DNA from: Candidatus Iainarchaeum sp. | Lineage (GTDB): Archaea; Iainarchaeota; Iainarchaeia; Iainarchaeales; JAAZKV01 | Direction of reading: 5' to 3' | NCBI GenBank assembly: GCA_026397015.1 | Contig: JAPLVR010000003.1 | Span: forward strand, 256,001 to 320,000 | DNA: 64,000 nucleotides | Shown: positions 58,278-64,000 of the stretch, in pieces | How the letters are laid out: each line of letters opens with the position of its first letter | How positions within the stretch are numbered: position 1 is the first letter of the stretch | The notes under the pieces: model-generated | Databases searched by the model: none | What the model was told of the DNA's origin: nothing | Seen by the model: only the letters and a program-made list of their open reading frames with translations | Made by a program: the position numbers and the translations under genes

Positions 58278-60959
58278 TCAACCGACTATTTCCGCCGCAC
58301 AAATCTGGTTCGCCGGAACAACTGCTGTTTTTGCGCCGGCCAATTCGGTCGCCAAAACTTTCTGCTGATTCCAAAAGACTATCCATTTCGGGCTTCCCGT
58401 GCCGCTCATTTCCCTTGCGACACAAACGTCTTTGGTCTTTATTTTGTTCAAAATATCTTTCAGAATACTTATTTTGTCCGTGTTAAGCGAACTTACAAAT
58501 GAAGCCGAAGTATTAGAGTAACTTAATGAGCAAGCGGCACCTGTGCTTGTACAGCTGCCTAATGCGCCTTCGCCTTTGTAAAAAGCGCTGACAGACGGGC
58601 TTGAAGGCTTGAAATCGAGCGACTGGTTAACTGCGCCCACTGGCAAGTAAAGGACCGTTTCGAGATAAATGTTACTATCAGGAATTAATCCTGCTTTGAA
58701 TTTATCCAATTCGAATTGGGTGCCTGCTATAGGTGCATCCGGTTCCCTGTAAGGCAACGGATCTACCCCTGGAGATACGATACTTCCGCATCCGTTCTTA
58801 ACCGAACTTGCAAAGCCCGTCCAATAAGAGAAAGTGTCTTTTCCGTTGAAGGGAGTTCCCCAGTCACCAGAAACATTGAACGAAGAATTTGCAGTTCCTG
58901 CACCGCCAGCATTTATTCGAATGAAAATCGGAATCGCGAATGTGTTGTAAAGGATTCTGTTCAGATTTTGCTCTCCGCCTTCCATATACTCAAGCAGGTA
59001 ACCGCTTTTCAAAACATTTGTTGCATACGGAAAATTTGTAAATGCCTCGTTATACATTGAAATATTGTTTGAAACGCCGTCGGAATTAAAGTCGCTGTCG
59101 TAAAAGAACCAGTGCAAAGCTGGCTTGGAAACCGGCCCCGTAAGCTTAATTTCAATCTGCAACTTAGGGTCTACTGCAGCAGTGCTGCCGCTCAAACATG
59201 TGTCGCCGAAAACGTATGCGCAGTCACTACCTGAAACACTTGGAGGTGCCGACCTTGAAACTGTTATTGCAACATCATACGAGCCGGCATCAACAAACCC
59301 CATATAGTTTCCGTTGACGCTTATTTTTGCCGCATTGTAAAGGGCTGAAAGCCTTGCAAATTTATCCGCATTTGTAGCCCCATAAACGTTCGCGTTTACT
59401 CCTGAATTTGAAAGGAAACTATTTATTATCCCGAGACTTTTTGTAATTTCTTCGGCACTAACTTGCTGGTCTCGCACATAAGAACTGAAAGCCATATACT
59501 GCGCTTCTTCAGCTGAGCCTTCTCCCTGATCAGTCCTTATCTCCGCAACCTTTGCAATTTTGTTTGCGAGCTCCACAAGGAATTCTGACTGCATGCAGTA
59601 GACATAATTCGAATTACTCGAATCACATTCATCAATTGATATTGCCCCGCCGCCCGTGCTTCCTCCGTGGACGAGATTTACTTGCGGGTCAACTTCTTCG
59701 CCCGTGCGGCCAACCAGCCCTTCAAACCCTATACATTCATTCTGACCCGCGGCAACTTTGACTTCCGCCTGGAAATCCTGCTGGTCAAGCAGCCCGACAG
59801 TGTAATCTATTGGGCTTGAGGAGATTGAAGCTGATTCCGGATTGGAACCGTTGAATAGGTAATTCACGTTCAGGGAAACAGCCGATGTTATTGGGCTGTT
59901 TGATTTTGCAAACGTTAATTTCAGCGGAACGATTAGTGACCCTCCATTTTCAATAGGCCAACCGTTATATTCTGTCGGAGCAACACAGGTTACGCCGTTT
60001 GACGCCGTACAACTAAAAGTTGTTGTTGTTTCCTGTGCGCCGGAATTGTTCACCAAAATAAAGTAAATCGTTTCATTATATCCCCCTGTCTGTTCGAAGT
60101 GCCTTATTGCCTTTGTTTGTGCCGGGCCAAAAATTAAGAGGGATGGACGAGACGGGGGAACAGGTTCAACCACATTAACGACTATTTCTTGAGAATCCCT
60201 CCAAACAAAATTTGCCTCTCCTTCTCCAGGGATAGGTGCCCCAGCGATTGCAAACAACCCATATTTCAGTTTCATTTTGTACGTGCCAGCTTCAGCAAAT
60301 GTGTATTCGACTGTGTTATTTGCCCAGTCATTGCCACTTCCAACTTTAAAATCTTCAGAAACATTACCACAGATCTCCTGTGACAGCTTCCCATCCGCCC
60401 CAAACGCGCCCGATGGGACCGTTTTGTAAAGTGTGGAAGGAATGTATGCACAAAACCCTATTTTGACTTGACCGCCACTGTCCCTGCAAAGCACTTGAAG
60501 ACCTCCCGAATTTGGCAAGCTAATTAACCCGTTATTGCAACTATGCCCGGGGTTATGAACTCCATGATCAAAAAGGCAGTATTTAACTGTGGAATACGCC
60601 TTCGGAGAACACCAACCAACTTGGCCGCTATCACAGGAATTCGTCACAAGATAACTGTCTTTACGGACTGTTGCGTCTGAGGAATTGTAGAGTGCCACGA
60701 AAGGCGCCACTGCCCCTTGGAGAGCCTGATCATCACAATAAGCATTCATTTTCCCAAATGTTAATGTCATTTTCGTTCCAACTGGGAAAGAATTATCCGG
60801 ATTGGCAGTCTGATCATAGGAAGGAGTGGTTGTAAGCGCATTATCCAATTGAGGCACCATGCAGTGAACATTTTGTTCGATGACAAATGAAAATGAAAAA
60901 GGCGTTAAGACAAAAAGCGCTAGAACCAAGCAAAACACGGCAACTTTTCTTGAAGTCAT
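58278..60959 (-). CDS. Large secreted Cys-containing surface protein (893 aa)
   Basis: N-terminal signal peptide; S/G/N-rich beta-type sequence with paired Cys; NxS/T sequons. Confidence 0.8.
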   Translation of the reverse strand: MTSRKVAVFCLVLALFVLTPFSFSFVIEQNVHCMVPQLDNALTTTPSYDQTANPDNSFPVGTKMTLTFGKMNAYCDDQALQGAVAPFVALYNSSDATVRKDSYLVTNSCDSGQVGWCSPKAYSTVKYCLFDHGVHNPGHSCNNGLISLPNSGGLQVLCRDSGGQVKIGFCAYIPSTLYKTVPSGAFGADGKLSQEICGNVSEDFKVGSGNDWANNTVEYTFAEAGTYKMKLKYGLFAIAGAPIPGEGEANFVWRDSQEIVVNVVEPVPPSRPSLLIFGPAQTKAIRHFEQTGGYNETIYFILVNNSGAQETTTTFSCTASNGVTCVAPTEYNGWPIENGGSLIVPLKLTFAKSNSPITSAVSLNVNYLFNGSNPESASISSSPIDYTVGLLDQQDFQAEVKVAAGQNECIGFEGLVGRTGEEVDPQVNLVHGGSTGGGAISIDECDSSNSNYVYCMQSEFLVELANKIAKVAEIRTDQGEGSAEEAQYMAFSSYVRDQQVSAEEITKSLGIINSFLSNSGVNANVYGATNADKFARLSALYNAAKISVNGNYMGFVDAGSYDVAITVSRSAPPSVSGSDCAYVFGDTCLSGSTAAVDPKLQIEIKLTGPVSKPALHWFFYDSDFNSDGVSNNISMYNEAFTNFPYATNVLKSGYLLEYMEGGEQNLNRILYNTFAIPIFIRINAGGAGTANSSFNVSGDWGTPFNGKDTFSYWTGFASSVKNGCGSIVSPGVDPLPYREPDAPIAGTQFELDKFKAGLIPDSNIYLETVLYLPVGAVNQSLDFKPSSPSVSAFYKGEGALGSCTSTGAACSLSYSNTSASFVSSLNTDKISILKDILNKIKTKDVCVAREMSGTGSPKWIVFWNQQKVLATELAGAKTAVVPANQICAAEIVG

Positions 60960-62692
60960 TTCTTTTTCACCTTCTCTTTTTTGTGCTGAACCTCTTTCTT
61001 CTTAACAGCCTGCTTAACAGAAATTTTCTTCGGGCTCCTCAGCACCGTGAAAAGAACAGCCAATGCAATCACTATAATTATTATTGCCGCCCACAAAATA
61101 AAAGGTATGCTGAAAATCGACAGGAACGAAATTGGCTCTATTGCGGGCTGGCATGTTCCAATACAACACAAACCCTGAACCGATTTGTAGGAGTTTCCTC
61201 TGCACGCTTCCCCTGCGGAGCAGATTATGCCTGCGCACTCGGTCGGCTGTGCCTGCCCTTCCGATTGTTTTGAAGAGAAATCTAATGTAAACATCTGCTG
61301 CCTTTTTGCATCAAAGTCATCAACTGTCATTGTAAGGTCGCCCTTCCTTAAGTAAATACTTTTCTTGTAAATGCCGGGCTGGTTTATCTGCTCTTCAAAA
61401 AGCGTTTCATCCGAAGAAAAGATTCTTACCCTTGCATTGATGCTTTCTTTTTCGAGGGTGAGAGAAAGCGTTTCGGCGGATTCCTCATATGCCCAAGTTA
61501 CTTTTACAACTCGCGGGTGCCTTGCGTCATAAGCTGCTTGTATCTCTTCAATTGGCGCGGGAAAGCATTCCTGCTCGTAAATTGTCCCGCCTTTCTCAAT
61601 CTTTGCGCATATCTTTGTAAACTTTTTAGACTCGAGGTTGAAGGACTGCAAAATAATGTACCTGAATTCCTCGCCCCCCGCACCGAGCTTTTCTCCTTCG
61701 GCGGATTTTTCCTCAATCAATTTTTCGCCATCATAAATCTCTGCCTTTATCGAATAACCTTCAAAAGCTGGATAGTTGAAATGGTCAGGACTGCCCGCAA
61801 TTAATAGGTTGAGTGAATATTTTCCAACATCAAGACCGTCAATGAAAATTTTTCTGAATTTTGCTGTGCCGCCGGCGACGATTGCCCTGTTTTTGTAAAC
61901 CGATTCTGTCTTGTCTCCGTTGAAAAGTTTGAGATTTATTTCATAAGCGGAAGGAATTGCAGGGGCTTTCATGGCAACTTGCACATCAACAGTTCCGCCT
62001 GCAGGGATTGATATTACATCAACAACCGTTTCCTCCGGATTTTCGCAAAATGCTGAAGCCCAATCACACATTGAAACGTGCAATTTTAGAGAATCTTTTG
62101 GAACAGTTGAAGGATTCGAAACGCGCACGACACCTTTTATTTCTCCATTTGGTTCAACTGGAAATCCAACCGGGCCAACGGTATCATTGAATTTTGTATT
62201 TTCCCTGTCAATCGATGCTTTTGCTTCCGCACTGCCCCCCGAAACTTTAAACTCTTTCGATGCCGGCGCCAGGAATATTGCGCTATTGCCAATAAGAATT
62301 GATTTCAGCGCCCAGGAATAAATATCTATCCTATATTCTCCACTTTCCTGCGCATCAACAGAAAAATTTATTGTTTTATTTGCGTTCGGAAGTATCCATA
62401 TGTCGCCATAATTTTTCTCTGAAATAACGTTGTCCTTTGTGGTAAATTGCGCCACATAATCGTATTTTCCCTGCGCCAATTGAACTACGACTTTCGCCCC
62501 CAAAAGCGGATAATTTTCAGAATTCAAGAGGGTTATTTTTCCCGTTATCGGTTCGCCGCTTTGGAACTCTGCCTTATCAAGCTGAATCGTTACTGCGCCT
62601 TTCCAAATCAAATCTTCGAATGAGTATGCGAATGCTCCCGAAAGCAGGAACGTCAAAGCCAAAAATAATGCGATTTGCTGCAGTACCTTCAT
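60956..62692 (-). CDS. Secreted Ig-like protein with Cys-rich linker, C-terminal TM and basic tail (578 aa)
   Basis: Signal peptide ending AFA; C....C.....C......CC...C just before the TM; Lys-rich tail. Confidence 0.8.
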   Translation of the reverse strand: MKVLQQIALFLALTFLLSGAFAYSFEDLIWKGAVTIQLDKAEFQSGEPITGKITLLNSENYPLLGAKVVVQLAQGKYDYVAQFTTKDNVISEKNYGDIWILPNANKTINFSVDAQESGEYRIDIYSWALKSILIGNSAIFLAPASKEFKVSGGSAEAKASIDRENTKFNDTVGPVGFPVEPNGEIKGVVRVSNPSTVPKDSLKLHVSMCDWASAFCENPEETVVDVISIPAGGTVDVQVAMKAPAIPSAYEINLKLFNGDKTESVYKNRAIVAGGTAKFRKIFIDGLDVGKYSLNLLIAGSPDHFNYPAFEGYSIKAEIYDGEKLIEEKSAEGEKLGAGGEEFRYIILQSFNLESKKFTKICAKIEKGGTIYEQECFPAPIEEIQAAYDARHPRVVKVTWAYEESAETLSLTLEKESINARVRIFSSDETLFEEQINQPGIYKKSIYLRKGDLTMTVDDFDAKRQQMFTLDFSSKQSEGQAQPTECAGIICSAGEACRGNSYKSVQGLCCIGTCQPAIEPISFLSIFSIPFILWAAIIIIVIALAVLFTVLRSPKKISVKQAVKKKEVQHKKEKVKKK

Positions 62693-64000
62693 TATTTCGC
62701 CCTCCCTTTATTTACATAATCTGTAATATTTATTATGCTGTAATTGGTTCCGCTTGAAGTTCCCTTGTTCAGCAAAAAATCCATTTTGCCGCTGGAATCA
62801 ATAGGCGTATTGTTTGTTCCGAAGTACCTTGCCTTTATTATTCCCAGGTATCTCCCATTTAGGTACCCTCCTTCGATCCAAAAAAACAAACTTGAATCGG
62901 CGGGCGCGCACACTATTTGTGTAGTTGGATTATTAACACCGGAATTGCTGAAAATTGAATAGTCAATCGTGCCCAGTGTTTGCGTAATCCCATTCGTCGA
63001 TTTTACGGAATAAGTGCCGAGCGTTATTTCTTTCGCCGTGCCCCCCGAAGTCAACTTTACGTTGCAGCCATAGTTGGCCGCTGTTCCAGGGTTTGCGGTG
63101 CCAGGGCCAACAGTTAATCCGAAAGAATCCACAGCAACTTTTGGAGTTTCCGAATCCTTATTTGTGCCAATGCTTTTTCTACAAGAATTTGTTATTGAAA
63201 ATGCCTCTGATGCATTAGATATGAGGTCGAAGCTGTCCTTGGAAATCACGAAACAATCTGACGGCCTCGTCAGGTGCACTATTGCACGCTCAGCCATTAC
63301 AAATCTTTTGTTTGTGCCCGCAAACTTTGCTTTCACCAAAATCGGGAAGAAACCTAAAATGTCCGTAAAGTTTGGATCCGGCTTAGCTGAAAGAGGAAGG
63401 TAACCCTTGTTCATTCCATTAATATTGAATGAGTGGGAATTAAGAGGATAGCCCGCGAGAGAAGGAATTGTTATTTCAAGAGTGCTCGCATTAATGTCTG
63501 TTTCAAGCTTTACAACAACATCCCTCACACAATTGTTAGTAACTATCAGCGTTGCGTTTGCGCCCCACTCCAAAGTTGTTTCGCTTTCCTCTGTAATGTT
63601 TGGAACGCCTGCAAATACAGCATCAACGCATGCAAGAGAAGGATCCGGACCCTGGCCCCTTCCTGCATAAAGTGTTGCACTTAGCATCTCAAAATCAGGA
63701 TTAACTGCTGAGGCATTTATATCTAAACAATCAACATTATACACGTAAACACCCGGAATGTTTTTCCAAAAATATCCGTCGGCAGGAGAATTTACGCCAG
63801 CAATAAGCCCGACTAAAGGCGGGTGAGTATCGCCATAAGGATCAATTGCAATAGTTTTTGTTCCTGTTCCTCTGCAATTTCTGTAAACTGTAACCGAAGC
63901 GTTTCCAAGTTTTACCAAATTTTTATCGGAAATCGGCTGAGTCGAGCCGGGCAAACCTGTCAAATAAACGTAACCGTCAAAGTTTTGGTCCGGGAAGCGC
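62692..64000 (-). CDS. Large secreted/surface protein, 5'-partial
   Basis: Frame is open to the window end (RFPDQNFDGYVYL...); repeated I.N.C beta-sandwich-like segments. Confidence 0.75.
   Translation of the reverse strand, partial: RFPDQNFDGYVYLTGLPGSTQPISDKNLVKLGNASVTVYRNCRGTGTKTIAIDPYGDTHPPLVGLIAGVNSPADGYFWKNIPGVYVYNVDCLDINASAVNPDFEMLSATLYAGRGQGPDPSLACVDAVFAGVPNITEESETTLEWGANATLIVTNNCVRDVVVKLETDINASTLEITIPSLAGYPLNSHSFNINGMNKGYLPLSAKPDPNFTDILGFFPILVKAKFAGTNKRFVMAERAIVHLTRPSDCFVISKDSFDLISNASEAFSITNSCRKSIGTNKDSETPKVAVDSFGLTVGPGTANPGTAANYGCNVKLTSGGTAKEITLGTYSVKSTNGITQTLGTIDYSIFSNSGVNNPTTQIVCAPADSSLFFWIEGGYLNGRYLGIIKARYFGTNNTPIDSSGKMDFLLNKGTSSGTNYSIINITDYVNKGRAK

Noticed and set aside
1-64000. 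Numerous Phe/Ser/Leu-rich antisense ORFs in the ORF track
   Set aside because: They are shadows of A/G-rich coding strands, fully overlap well-supported genes and carry no motifs.
1-64000. CRISPR arrays, rRNA genes, transposases or integrases
   Set aside because: No regularly spaced repeats, rRNA signatures or transposase/integrase motifs were seen.

Overview
Archaeal core-genome window. The gene set (archaeal ribosomal proteins, PolD, Cdc6, aIF2-gamma, SepF), the missing metabolic genes and the large secreted proteins suggest a reduced-genome DPANN lineage, possibly Iainarchaeota/Diapherotrites; this is inference, not a database result. From 1.2 to 22.4 kb lies a fused S10-spc-alpha-L18e/L13/S9/rpoN/S2 ribosomal superoperon containing a tRNA-Leu(UAA) with a 132-nt BHB intron. 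Next come a TrmB-type regulator, GluRS, the L7Ae-aIF5B-aIF2g-rpoE-S27ae cluster and the t6A genes sua5/kae1/bud32. A grpE-dnaK-dnaJ operon is interrupted by a free-standing HTH-LAGLIDADG endonuclease and has a divergent wHTH regulator. The rest holds a DUF92-carS-archaeosortase cluster, secDF, PolD DP1/DP2, cdc6 with a candidate oriC, sepF and large secreted/surface proteins. The most notable items are the endonuclease inside the chaperone operon, the repeat-built tRNA intron that can adopt two folds (with a related hairpin cassette before aIF2g), the lipid/sortase cluster, an 83-bp duplicated intergenic spacer and altered metal ligands in DP1. All calls come from reading motifs by eye; no searches were run.
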